The notes under the pieces are model-generated. The model did no database searches, was not told where the DNA came from, and was given only the letters and a program-made list of their open reading frames with translations. The translations under genes were made by a program, and so were the position numbers. Positions 9,346 to 18,870 of a stretch of 64,000 nucleotides of DNA are shown one piece after another; position 1 is the stretch's first letter; every line of letters starts with the position of its first letter. Origin of the DNA: Lusitaniella coriacea LEGE 07167 (GTDB taxonomy: Bacteria > Cyanobacteriota > Cyanobacteriia > Cyanobacteriales > Spirulinaceae); assembly GCF_050053475.1 (NCBI RefSeq), contig NZ_JBBBDN010000001.1. The stretch is one strand, 5' to 3'.

Positions 9346-9737
9346 AGTTGAGCCAGAGCAGACTGAATAGTTTGAATCAGTTCCTCGCGATTCCAAGGTT
9401 TGTGCAGGCATCGATACAAGTTAGCGTGCTGCTCGGCGCGTTCGATGGCTTCCTCATCTGCTTGTCCGGTGAGCATCACTTTTATAATCTTAGGGAATTT
9501 TTGATGCACCTGAATGAGAAACTCATCGCCTTTAATTCCGGGCATTAACCAATCGGAAACAATAATTAAAATTCGGACATCTTCTTCATCAAACTCGTCA
9601 ATAATCTCCAAAGCTTCATCGGCACTTTCAGCAAATTCGTACAAATAGTTGCTAGCAAATGCTTCTTGGAGTTCGATTTCCAAGCTTTTTAAAATTACAA
9701 CTTCATCATCGACGCAGAGAATGGCAGCGTTTGGCAT
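9342..9737 (-). CDS. single-domain CheY-like response regulator
   Basis: 131 aa; AILCVDDE...SDWLMPG...KVMLTGQADEE receiver motifs. Its stop overlaps the start of the cyclase gene. Confidence 0.85.
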   Translation of the reverse strand: MPNAAILCVDDEVVILKSLEIELQEAFASNYLYEFAESADEALEIIDEFDEEDVRILIIVSDWLMPGIKGDEFLIQVHQKFPKIIKVMLTGQADEEAIERAEQHANLYRCLHKPWNREELIQTIQSALAQL

Positions 9738-9743
9738 TCAAGT

Positions 9744-12347
9744 TTAACTCCCTTGAGAATTTATCGATCGTTTAATGGGCAATGAAACTGTAAATGCAGT
9801 CTTTCCTGGGACGCTATTGACGTTAATTTCTCCATCGTGTTTGTTAACAATTTTTTCAACAATATCTAATCCCAATCCGCTTCCTTCTCCTGGCGGTTTT
9901 GTAGTGAAAAACGGCTTGAAGATTTTGGGTAGAACTTCTGGCGAAATTCCTGTGCCGCTATCAGAGATGCTAATTGCGATCGCGTCCTCCAATTGACGGG
10001 CATCGATCGTCAGAACGCCTCGATTATCCATTGCTTGCAGGGCATTGTGAATCAGATTCGTCCAAACTTGATTGAGTTCGTCGGGATAGCACCGAATTCT
10101 GGGTAAAGACGGTTCGTAGTTCTTCACCACTTCAACGCCGTGTTTGAGTTGGTTTTGGTAAAGGGTTAAAACTGTTTCAATCCCATCAAGTATATTGGTT
10201 TCGATTAACTCTCCCGTTGAGTCGTAACGAGCGTAACTCTTCAGAGCGAACACCACTTTCCCGGCTCGATCTGCGGCGGTTGAGATGGTGCGCGTGCTGC
10301 TTTGAACGTTGGCAAATTGATACGCCATTTGTAAGGTTTTTTTGCTCTCTGGGTTTTGCAGGAAGGGCAGCCAAGGCTCGATATCGTCGTATAACCCAAT
10401 ACCCATCAAGAAATTGGCGACGATGGGTGCATTCTCAATTTCGTTGGCTTCGAGGTTGCGCGTCAGCGCCCGTTTGAGTTTTCGCTGTTCCCGCGTAGAC
10501 AAACTGTTGGGATTTTGCCCGGTGCGTTGCAGCACTTCGAGGAAAGATTGTTGTTGTTCTGGGGGCAAACCGGGAAGGGTCGCAAAAAAGAGTTTCAGAT
10601 TTTCTGCGAGGAAATTAGAAATGTTACGAATGGAGGAGGAGATTGCGCCGAGGGGGGTATTAATTTCGTGTGCCACTCCGGCGACAAGTTGTCCGAGGGC
10701 TGCCATTTTTTCTGAGTGAATCAGTTCTTCTTGAGTGGTTTTGAGGTGATGAAGGGTTTGAGAGAGTTCTTGGGTGCGTTCTTGGACTTGTCGTTCGAGG
10801 GTGCGGTTGTAGTCGGCGAGAACTTTCTCGGCTTTTTTGCGTTGGGTGATATCTTGGAAAACCGCGATCGCGTAAATAATATTGCCCTCTTCATCATAAA
10901 TGGGCGTTCCTCGCACTTCTAAAGGGATCGTTTTGTCGGGTCGGCGGATCTCCATGTCGTCTGCGATCGTACTCTCCCCTTGCAACGCCAGGGCGGAGGG
11001 AAGTCGATCGGGAGGGTAAATTTCCTCGGTTCCGGAAATATAGGCACTGTAGGCGGCAGAGAGCGGCTCTGAGGAGCTGGAATCAATCAGCCCGCGACCG
11101 AGAAGGGTTTGCCCGGTTTGGTTGATATATGTCGGTTTCCCTTGGGGATCGATGACAAAGACTCCGGCGGGAATGGCATCGAGGAATTGGGAGAGTTTGC
11201 GCTCGCTTTCGGTGAGGGCAGCGAAGGAGGTTTTCAACTGCTGGGTCATGGCGTTGAAGTTCCTCGCCAAAATTCCGACTTCATCTTGGGTTAACACCGG
11301 AGCCGCGCGCTCCAAATCCCCTGCTGCAACTTGGGTTGCGGCATCCGCGATCGCTAAAATCGGTCGGCTGATGCGCTTTGCCAGCCAATACACGCCAAAG
11401 GAAAGGAGTCCGGCTGCGAGCAAGCCCGCTAAAATAATCGCGATCGCTAGTTGTCGCGCGGGGTCAAAGGCTTCGGATTGGTGCAATTCCACCAACAGGG
11501 CAATATCTTGCTCGGACAACCAGCGATACACCCCCACAACGGGAACGCCATTATAGTTGAGATATAGTTGAGAACCGCTTCCCCCTTGCATTGCCGCATC
11601 GATTCCCGCACTGCTGACCCCATCGGGAAATTCTTTGGTTTGCGTCTCGCTTTTGGAGATGAAGTCGCTGGCGGTGACCAGAGATCCGATTAAATAGGTT
11701 TCACTACTTTCCCCTAACCCCGTTCCTGCTCGAACAATGCGATCGATGCGATCGAGGTTGAGGTGAGCTAAAATCGCGCCAACGCGCTCTCCCTGTACGT
11801 TGCGGAGGGGAGCGGCAAAGGTAACGGTGGTTTTGCCCGTTGCGGGGGAAACGTAGAAAATGGGGGGAATGGGCATTCCCGAATCGATTTGCTCGAAGTC
11901 AAAATAGGTGAAGTTGCCGGCAACGGTGTATTGACCTTCGCGACTGGAGTTGGTGGAGACAAGAGTACGATTGGCGCGATCGAGAATGAAGATTTCGCTG
12001 AAGTTGGGAGAAACTTTGGCAACGTCTTTCAAATGGGCTGAAAGCTGCTCGTATGCCCGTTGGTAATTTTCGGGGGGGGTTTGTTTGTTAAGGAGGGTTT
12101 GGAGTTGTTCTTTGACCTCCGGAAATTGAGTGGTAATAAAGAAGTTACGTTCTTGGTCTTCAAACCAGCGATCGATTTCTTGCTCTTTGAGAGAGGCGGC
12201 GACGCTGAGTCGATTGAATGCTTCTTCTTTTAATGCTTCCCTGGCTCGCAAAAAGGCAACACCACCGACAATCCCCACCGTCATTAACGAAAGGAGTAGA
12301 AAATAGCTGCTAATTCTCGCAGTCAAATGCTGAGTAAAGAATTTCAT
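9744..12347 (-). CDS. sensor histidine kinase (periplasmic Cache-like domain, HAMP, PAS, HisKA, HATPase)
   Basis: 867 aa. N-terminal TM, large extracytoplasmic domain and second TM, then HAMP (ILARNFNAMTQQL), PAS (IYAIAVFQDITQRKKAE), H-box HEINTPL and N/G1/G2 boxes (NLIHNALQAM, DSGTGI, GSGLGL). Ends 6 nt before the response-regulator start. Confidence 0.85.
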   Translation of the reverse strand: MKFFTQHLTARISSYFLLLSLMTVGIVGGVAFLRAREALKEEAFNRLSVAASLKEQEIDRWFEDQERNFFITTQFPEVKEQLQTLLNKQTPPENYQRAYEQLSAHLKDVAKVSPNFSEIFILDRANRTLVSTNSSREGQYTVAGNFTYFDFEQIDSGMPIPPIFYVSPATGKTTVTFAAPLRNVQGERVGAILAHLNLDRIDRIVRAGTGLGESSETYLIGSLVTASDFISKSETQTKEFPDGVSSAGIDAAMQGGSGSQLYLNYNGVPVVGVYRWLSEQDIALLVELHQSEAFDPARQLAIAIILAGLLAAGLLSFGVYWLAKRISRPILAIADAATQVAAGDLERAAPVLTQDEVGILARNFNAMTQQLKTSFAALTESERKLSQFLDAIPAGVFVIDPQGKPTYINQTGQTLLGRGLIDSSSSEPLSAAYSAYISGTEEIYPPDRLPSALALQGESTIADDMEIRRPDKTIPLEVRGTPIYDEEGNIIYAIAVFQDITQRKKAEKVLADYNRTLERQVQERTQELSQTLHHLKTTQEELIHSEKMAALGQLVAGVAHEINTPLGAISSSIRNISNFLAENLKLFFATLPGLPPEQQQSFLEVLQRTGQNPNSLSTREQRKLKRALTRNLEANEIENAPIVANFLMGIGLYDDIEPWLPFLQNPESKKTLQMAYQFANVQSSTRTISTAADRAGKVVFALKSYARYDSTGELIETNILDGIETVLTLYQNQLKHGVEVVKNYEPSLPRIRCYPDELNQVWTNLIHNALQAMDNRGVLTIDARQLEDAIAISISDSGTGISPEVLPKIFKPFFTTKPPGEGSGLGLDIVEKIVNKHDGEINVNSVPGKTAFTVSLPIKRSINSQGS

Positions 12348-12395
12348 CCTATGAAGGTTGCATTAGGAATTCTGTGCCACAGTAATTTAGTCATT

Positions 12396-13820
12396 CTACT
12401 TCCATTCTTCAAAAATCTCTTTCATCCGCGCGATCGCTTCGTCGGCTGCGGTTTCGGGGGTCGCATTTTCTACCAAAATGCGGTTGAGGGCTTCTCCCCA
12501 AAGGTTTTCTTCTAAGACTTGGGCATATGCCGGATTGAGAGCGAAGTAAAAGGGGCGCGTAGGGCGGTCTGCTAGCATTTTAGTCGCGATCGCGATATGG
12601 GGATCGGCGCGATCGCGCCAAAAGGGATCTTCCCATCCACTTTTCGTAATGGGCGCATAACGACCCGACGCAGCTTTAATATAGGTGTCTAGGTTTTCGG
12701 GTCGAACGAGATAAGCGAGAAATTCCTTCGCTAACTCTTGATTTTTGGACTTGGAGAAAATTGCCGCTTGGCGAACGGAGACAATATAACGCATAGGATC
12801 GCCATTGGGTTTGTTGGGAAACTCTAAGGTTCCCAGTTTGTTTAAATAAATCTCTTCCTCTTGACGTTGAGCGGCGGGAATCGAAAGGGTGGGATTGGGT
12901 GACATCACCGTCAGACGATTGAGCAAGTTGAAGTTATTGTCTGGATTGAGCCATTGCACCGCTCCGGGAGGAATATAATTTTCTTTATAGAGTTGTGCGA
13001 TCCAACGTAAGCTTTGAATAATTCCTTGGCGGACTTTGGGATCGTCTACTTGTAACTGTCCTTCTTCATCCAGTAGTTCGACGCTGTAGGCTTCTAAAAC
13101 CTGTTCAAAGAAGTAGTAGGTATCTGAGGATTTAGGAGAGACAGTAATCCCTAAGCCGTGAATTTTTTCGTTTTGTTCGTTGGGTAAATTCTCTTGAATC
13201 GTTTTCCAGAAATTCCAAAACCCATCCCAATCTTGGGGAATGTCGCTGGGTTGTTTCCCGGCTTGTTCGACTAAATCCCGCCAATAGTGGATATAAATCG
13301 TGGCTTGATAAATGGGGATGGCGTAGTAGCTGCGTTTTTCTGCTGTCTTGTCGTATAGGGAGACTGCTTGCAATGCAGCAGGGGAGAAAGATTCTTCAAC
13401 GGGGTTCATTACTTCTGATACATCCACGAGTTTCCCTTCCCACGCCAAACGCGGAATCAGTTCGTATTCTGCGCGAGTTGAAAAGAGAATATCGGGAGAT
13501 TTTCCTGTTTTTAGCGCTCGTTCTGCTTTTTGCGGCAGATCGTCTTCTGTTTCAAAGGAAAGTTTTACTTTTTTTCCTGTCTTGCTTTCCCAATCTCGCA
13601 CGATTTTCCGCAAGGCTTCGTCTTCTTCTAGGAGATAACCTTTATTCCACCAAATGGTGAGAACGTCGTTTTGTGCGGGAGATTTGGGGGAGGTTCCGGA
13701 AGGGGTTTCTTTTGAGGCAGGGCAGCCAACGAGGGTTAAGCTGATGGTAAGACACGCGATCGCGGTAGCAAATTGCCTTGGGCGACGCACTTTGAAACCA
13801 GGGGGAATTTTGAGCAGCAT
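12396..13820 (-). CDS. ABC transporter extracellular solute-binding protein (family 1, sugar-type), lipoprotein
   Basis: 474 aa. Signal peptide with lipobox LTLVGC and SBP_bac_1-like composition. No permease or ATPase genes are adjacent (orphan SBP). Confidence 0.75.
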   Translation of the reverse strand: MLLKIPPGFKVRRPRQFATAIACLTISLTLVGCPASKETPSGTSPKSPAQNDVLTIWWNKGYLLEEDEALRKIVRDWESKTGKKVKLSFETEDDLPQKAERALKTGKSPDILFSTRAEYELIPRLAWEGKLVDVSEVMNPVEESFSPAALQAVSLYDKTAEKRSYYAIPIYQATIYIHYWRDLVEQAGKQPSDIPQDWDGFWNFWKTIQENLPNEQNEKIHGLGITVSPKSSDTYYFFEQVLEAYSVELLDEEGQLQVDDPKVRQGIIQSLRWIAQLYKENYIPPGAVQWLNPDNNFNLLNRLTVMSPNPTLSIPAAQRQEEEIYLNKLGTLEFPNKPNGDPMRYIVSVRQAAIFSKSKNQELAKEFLAYLVRPENLDTYIKAASGRYAPITKSGWEDPFWRDRADPHIAIATKMLADRPTRPFYFALNPAYAQVLEENLWGEALNRILVENATPETAADEAIARMKEIFEEWK

Positions 13821-14336
13821 GAGTTTATAACGTTTCTTCTAGCAACTTCGTTCTTGGGGATTAGGCAAATTCGACCTAAATCATTCCCATCTCCTTGCTT
13901 TCCTACTCCCACTCCAATAAGCTAGTGAATACAGTTTTTCATTCGCGCTACGCACAACTGTTGAGTAGATCCATCCACATTTTACGCTGTCAGGATAAAA
14001 AAATTCTCCAAAGCAAAAAATCTCTCAATCTTTGCTTGAGCAAGATTTACCGCCTTTTTCCAACATTCTCTCTAGACGGAAGGAAAGCTGAACGCAACCC
14101 CTTTAAAGTTAAGGGCTAGTCCAGCTTTAATGTTTGCTACAAGTAGATGACTCCCATCAGGGTGTTACGGCAAAACTTATCAAAAGTTTGTGAATGGCTT
14201 GTGAAAATTATTCGGGGATTTACATCTCTTAACCGGAGGGAGATTGAATGCTAACCGAAGGGTTTGAAAGGTTTCTTTCTCTAGATGGGTACCCTAAAAA
14301 TAGAGACAAAAAGAACCCACACCCAATCACAGAGTC

Positions 14337-14600
14337 ATGATCAAAGCTATGCGAAGCAAGGTAATGTTGTCCCTCGTTGGTTTAGCCATCGCCTTACTCA
14401 CCTCCTTAATTTCCCAACCGGTACAAGCACAGGTGAGAGATTCGCAAGTCTACACATGGAGCTATGCGGGTATTGACAACAGCCAAAAAGTGTGCGAGAA
14501 AATCGAAGTTCATCCCAGAAATCGCGCGGTTCCGGCTTCTTCTCACAAGGTAGCCGTTAAGGTTCGCTCCATCATTGTAGACAATCACTATTGTCAATAA
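14337..14600 (+). CDS. small secreted hypothetical protein
   Basis: 87 aa with signal peptide (LSLVGLAIALLTSLISQPVQAQ) and a mature part with two Cys. Its ATG overlaps the stop of a 30-aa uORF at 14248-14340 that has a strong SD. Confidence 0.45.
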   Translation: MIKAMRSKVMLSLVGLAIALLTSLISQPVQAQVRDSQVYTWSYAGIDNSQKVCEKIEVHPRNRAVPASSHKVAVKVRSIIVDNHYCQ

Positions 14601-14750
14601 GCAATTGTATTTTCCTGAAACATTCGCGATCGCGCGGGAGTCTACTTTAACAGATTGAGTTGGGCGAGTACTTGGCTAAAATTCATGAGATATTTGAGTG
14701 AAAGCCGCCTCTACTGCGTCCTAATTTCTTGAAGCAATTCCCCCGCAATA

Positions 14751-16028
14751 ATGATCGATAAATTCCTCCTGTTGGCTGCTCTGTTAACGCCCTTTGGGTT
14801 GGTGAACCCCTCACTCGCATTCGATCCTGGCGATCTCGATCGACTTCTCGCAACCCAGGAATGCCCGGAGTGTGACTTACAGGATGCTCCCCTACAACAA
14901 GCTCAACTCCAGGGCGCGGATTTGCAAGGGGCAAACCTGGAAGGGGCGGATTTGAGCGGGGCGAGTTTGGAGGGGGCAAATTTGAGCGGTGCAGAACTTT
15001 CTGGGGTTCAGCTTGTATTTGCGCGGTTGAATTTAGCCAATCTCAAATCAGCTAATTTTGGCGTTCGCCAGCAGGGAGAAAACAAAATTCCCGCCAATCT
15101 CGATAGCGCGCAATTGCGGGGGGCGAATTTGAACCTGGCGCAACTCCCCGGCGCTTCCCTCAGTCGTGCGGATTTGAGCGATGCCAATGTGAGTAGTGCG
15201 AATTTAGGCGGTGCGAATTTGAGTTTGGCGACGCTGACGAAGACAGATTTAACATTGAGCTATTTGGTATCTGCGGATTTGCGCTCGGCGACGCTGAAGA
15301 CAGCGAACTTATCCGGGGCAAATTTGAGCAATGCAAAACTGAATAAGGCTTCTTTGGATGTGGCAATTTTGGATGGGGCAATTCTCAACGGTGCGGATTT
15401 GAGCGATGGGAAGTTAATCGATGCGAATTTTGCCGGGGCGAGTTTGGCGAACGCAAATTTAACCAATGCACGTTTGGAGGGGGCGGGTTTTTCTGCGGCG
15501 AATTTGGCGGGGGCGAATTTAACGGGCGCAACTTTGAAAAACGGAGGATTCAATCGCGCAAATTTGGCGGGGGCGAATTTAAGCAATGCAGATTTAACCA
15601 ATGCAAAGTTCGCGATCGCGGACTTGTCCAATGTTAACCTCACTGGAGCAATCTTAACCTTTGCCTATCTCCACAGCGCCACCCTGAATAATACGATTCT
15701 CAACGGCGCGGATTTGGAAAAGGCGAATTTGCGTTCGGCAATTCTCAACGGCGCGAGTTTAATTGGAGCAAATTTAGAGGATGCCAATTTAATTAATACG
15801 CAACTCATTGGAGCGAATTTAACCTATACCAATTTGACGGGTTGTGACTTGAGAGCGAGTAATTTAGACAATGCCAATCTCAGTCATGCAAATTTGAGCA
15901 ATGTTCGCTTAGAAGGGGCGTTTATGCTCCATACGAACTTGAACCAAGCGGATCTGAGTCAAACTAATTTTAAGGGCGCGATCGGTATCGATCCGCATTA
16001 CGTGCGATCGCGCACCATTCCTCAGTAA
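14751..16028 (+). CDS. pentapeptide-repeat protein with signal peptide
   Basis: 425 aa; long run of A(D/N)LxG/A(N)LxxA pentapeptide repeats after a signal peptide. Confidence 0.85.
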   Translation: MIDKFLLLAALLTPFGLVNPSLAFDPGDLDRLLATQECPECDLQDAPLQQAQLQGADLQGANLEGADLSGASLEGANLSGAELSGVQLVFARLNLANLKSANFGVRQQGENKIPANLDSAQLRGANLNLAQLPGASLSRADLSDANVSSANLGGANLSLATLTKTDLTLSYLVSADLRSATLKTANLSGANLSNAKLNKASLDVAILDGAILNGADLSDGKLIDANFAGASLANANLTNARLEGAGFSAANLAGANLTGATLKNGGFNRANLAGANLSNADLTNAKFAIADLSNVNLTGAILTFAYLHSATLNNTILNGADLEKANLRSAILNGASLIGANLEDANLINTQLIGANLTYTNLTGCDLRASNLDNANLSHANLSNVRLEGAFMLHTNLNQADLSQTNFKGAIGIDPHYVRSRTIPQ

Positions 16029-16403
16029 GCTGCTGTTGTATTCCAATTGTGAATAAGGGTGACGGGGTGAGGAATTTATCTACTCAGTTTCTCCTTGCGT
16101 CATCGAACCGAGTAATCCCTAAGCCGTTCTAAAGAGGTTAATGGGACTGTTTCCATCGGTAATCAGAACGCTTTGAATGCCTAACCCTTCCAGGATCTGC
16201 CTTTAGCAGCACGCGCGAATTTCCCCCTCACGTAGAAATATTAAGCAAGCCTGACAGTGTTTTATTCTCAGTCGTTAACTTCTGTTGAGATGCGATCGCG
16301 ATCGCAAAATTTCTGACAACGCCGATTTATCCTAGGTAAAGAAGAGGTTAAGAGAGATTTAACTCTACTTTAAACCGCCACTGAGAGAAAAAAGAGGTTT
16401 GCT

Positions 16404-16562
16404 ATGACAATTCGCCTTGACCCTAAAACCGCGATCGCTCAAACGTTCCCCATCAAAGTCGTCCCACCGACGAAAAAACGTTTGGTTGCTCATTGGCTTA
16501 GAGATGAGAACAATCAACTTTATTGTCAGTGGGAAACGGAGTATGAAGACCACAGAAAATGA
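16404..16562 (+). CDS. small hypothetical protein (52 aa) with strong RBS
   Basis: AAGAGG 7 nt upstream of the ATG; MTIRLDPKTAIAQTFPIKVVPPTKKRLVAHWLRDENNQLYCQWETEYEDHRK. Not in the ORF track (under 60 aa); the track ORF 16417-16605 is in another frame. Confidence 0.3.
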   Translation: MTIRLDPKTAIAQTFPIKVVPPTKKRLVAHWLRDENNQLYCQWETEYEDHRK

Positions 16563-16716
16563 TTCTCCGGAAGACACTTCTTCAATGGCTATTGCTAACG
16601 ACTGATATAGCAGTCGCCATAACAGTTAGGACATCCAAAGTCACAGTTTCCCAACTCTCCCTGCTCCCCCAGCTTCCCCAGCTTCCCCAGCTCCCCCGCT
16701 CACCTTCACCAATATC

Positions 16717-18300
16717 CTAATACTCCTGGCTATTGCTATAACTGACCGCCCACCCCACTCCAAACCCCAAAACCAAACCAGACGTATGGGCGAAAAAACT
16801 GACTTGGGGAATCACAAAATCGAACGCCGTTTGCGAGAGAATAATCAGGAGAATGAGTCGCAACCGTTTTAGGGCCATGCGGCTTCTGTCTAATCTCCAC
16901 CCCCTGAGCAAAATCGCGGCTGTTGCGCCGATCGCGCCCATAATAGCAGCAGATGCCCCCACTAGGATCGTATCGGGATCGCCAAAACGCTCGACCCAGA
17001 AGGCAAAACCAACCATCGTCCCAATCCCAGAAATTCCATAAACGCAAAGATAGCGCCAAATCCCTAGATTCAACTCAACAAAGGGACCAAATAGGTAAAG
17101 AGCAAACATATTGGCGATAAGGTGAATGTAGCCAAAGTGAAGAAAGTTTGCCAAAATAAATCGCCACCACTCCCCATCCCATGCTGCTTCGGGAATCAAC
17201 GCACCGAGAGAATAGAGAATTTCTAGGTTTTCGCTGCCTCCGAGATAAATTTCCAGGGCAAAAAATATGAGATTAATCCCAATCAAACTGTAAGTGATGC
17301 GGGCTTTTTGGGGTTTCAGGCTAAAAACTCGACCATAGCGAATATCTTGTCCCCAGGTATCTCTCATTTGAAACAGAAACGTTTGGGATGCGTTGTTGAG
17401 AATGCGTGCTGCGAAGGGAGGAGGATGCGCTAAACGCCAAGAAATTGCGCTTTCCAATAAACCATTATTTTCCTGTGACAATTTTATAAGTTTTTGACGA
17501 GCGGTGCGTTCTTGACCTGCTGCCATTAATGCCGTTAAGCACCAAAAATCTTGATACGCGCGATCGTAAGATGATAGGGCGCGTTTAAACAGACGAACAA
17601 CCTCATCCACTTGCCCGCAAAAAGCAAAAGCAAACATCCGCACCAAATGAAGAGAATTGGAACGATCCCCCTTATCCAAAATTCGTTCGTACTGTTGAAT
17701 CCGGTGCAAAAGTTCGTTAATTTGTCCCGTTTCACCCAAAGAACGCAAATAATAAAGCAAAAGGTTCAGTTCTTGTTTTAGAACCCTTTGAGGGATAGAT
17801 TCTTCAATCCAATCCTGAAGGTCTTGCCACCGTGCATCCATTGCATAAAAAATCGCGATCGCGTGGCGACCAATGGGCTTTGTTTCGGCGTTATAATGCT
17901 GCAAATACTGCCACGCCTCCTCCCGATGTCCTTGCCAAGCGCGTTCTAAGGCACGCAAAATAGGGGGATGTTCCAGCCACCCATCCGCAGGATGCAACCA
18001 ACGCAAATAAGCGGAAATCCGACTCGCCTTAGCGTACTGTTGTTGATTGATGAGTCGATTAACTTGGGCAAAACCAATGAGGGGAACCAAAACCAACACA
18101 CCCCACAATCCTCCCCCAACAATTGCAGCCCATTCCGGGACAAAATAAACGAGCAGCGCAACGATAGCCAGAATTCCCCCAGAAACCAGACTCCAACCGC
18201 GATAAGACGGGGAGGGAGTCGCCCGGAGAAAAATCGAGACACAAGAGAGGCAAACTGTCCAAATCAGGAACGTATCGAGATTCATCGGGCTAAAACGCAC
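16717..18300 (-). CDS. rhomboid-family intramembrane serine protease with N-terminal TPR-like domain
   Basis: 527 aa. Rhomboid TM core with HFGYIHLIANMFALYLFG, catalytic GASAAIMGAIG (GxSx) and AHTSGLVLG (His). N-terminal TM helices plus a helical repeat region. Confidence 0.8.
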   Translation of the reverse strand: MRFSPMNLDTFLIWTVCLSCVSIFLRATPSPSYRGWSLVSGGILAIVALLVYFVPEWAAIVGGGLWGVLVLVPLIGFAQVNRLINQQQYAKASRISAYLRWLHPADGWLEHPPILRALERAWQGHREEAWQYLQHYNAETKPIGRHAIAIFYAMDARWQDLQDWIEESIPQRVLKQELNLLLYYLRSLGETGQINELLHRIQQYERILDKGDRSNSLHLVRMFAFAFCGQVDEVVRLFKRALSSYDRAYQDFWCLTALMAAGQERTARQKLIKLSQENNGLLESAISWRLAHPPPFAARILNNASQTFLFQMRDTWGQDIRYGRVFSLKPQKARITYSLIGINLIFFALEIYLGGSENLEILYSLGALIPEAAWDGEWWRFILANFLHFGYIHLIANMFALYLFGPFVELNLGIWRYLCVYGISGIGTMVGFAFWVERFGDPDTILVGASAAIMGAIGATAAILLRGWRLDRSRMALKRLRLILLIILSQTAFDFVIPQVSFFAHTSGLVLGFGVGWAVSYSNSQEY

Positions 18301-18407
18301 AGGTTGCGCGGGATTCTTCTGGTAAAAAACAATACAAAATCGCGATTTTGGTCGGTGTCCAGTGTAGACTATATCCTGCCGATCGCGTACTTAGCGTACC
18401 TATAAAG

Positions 18408-18662
18408 ATGAATTCAGATCGCCGTCGCGCTTATTGGCGCGCAAACACATCGCTTATTCGCAATCTCCTAATCGTTTGGGGATTTGTTTCCTTGGGATGC
18501 AGCATCTTGCTGGTAAAACCCTTGAATACCATATTTATCGGAAAACTCCCCTTTGGATTTTGGATGGCACAGCAAGGTTCAATTTACGTTTTTGTCATCC
18601 TGATTTTTATCTACGCCGTCCAAATGGACAAAATTGACCGCAAATATAAGAACCGAGATTAA
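18408..18662 (+). CDS. DUF4212 small membrane protein (putative symporter small subunit)
   Basis: 84 aa from MNSDRRRAYW; two TM helices; typical position immediately upstream of an SSF symporter. Confidence 0.65.
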   Translation: MNSDRRRAYWRANTSLIRNLLIVWGFVSLGCSILLVKPLNTIFIGKLPFGFWMAQQGSIYVFVILIFIYAVQMDKIDRKYKNRD

Positions 18663-18870
18663 GCATCAACGCAAGGCAGAAGTTGAAAGGCACCAGGGCA
18701 GATTTTTTTGCACGGCAGAGGCTTGCACCCTCTCATCCCTTTCACCTTAAGAGTAAAACTTGTCTCCTTAAAATATTTAACGAAGCTCGTTTCCATTCTC
18801 CCTCCTTCTGCCGCCTGCCCCCTGCCCTCTGCCTTCAAGTTTTATCGTTTTTATAGAGATATTAAAGATC

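Noticed and set aside
15260-15643. 127-aa ORF antisense to the pentapeptide-repeat gene (similar ones at 40716-41147 and 55240-55431)
   Set aside because: The periodic KFAPAKFA composition is the reverse-complement reading of the ANLxGA repeats; not independent genes.
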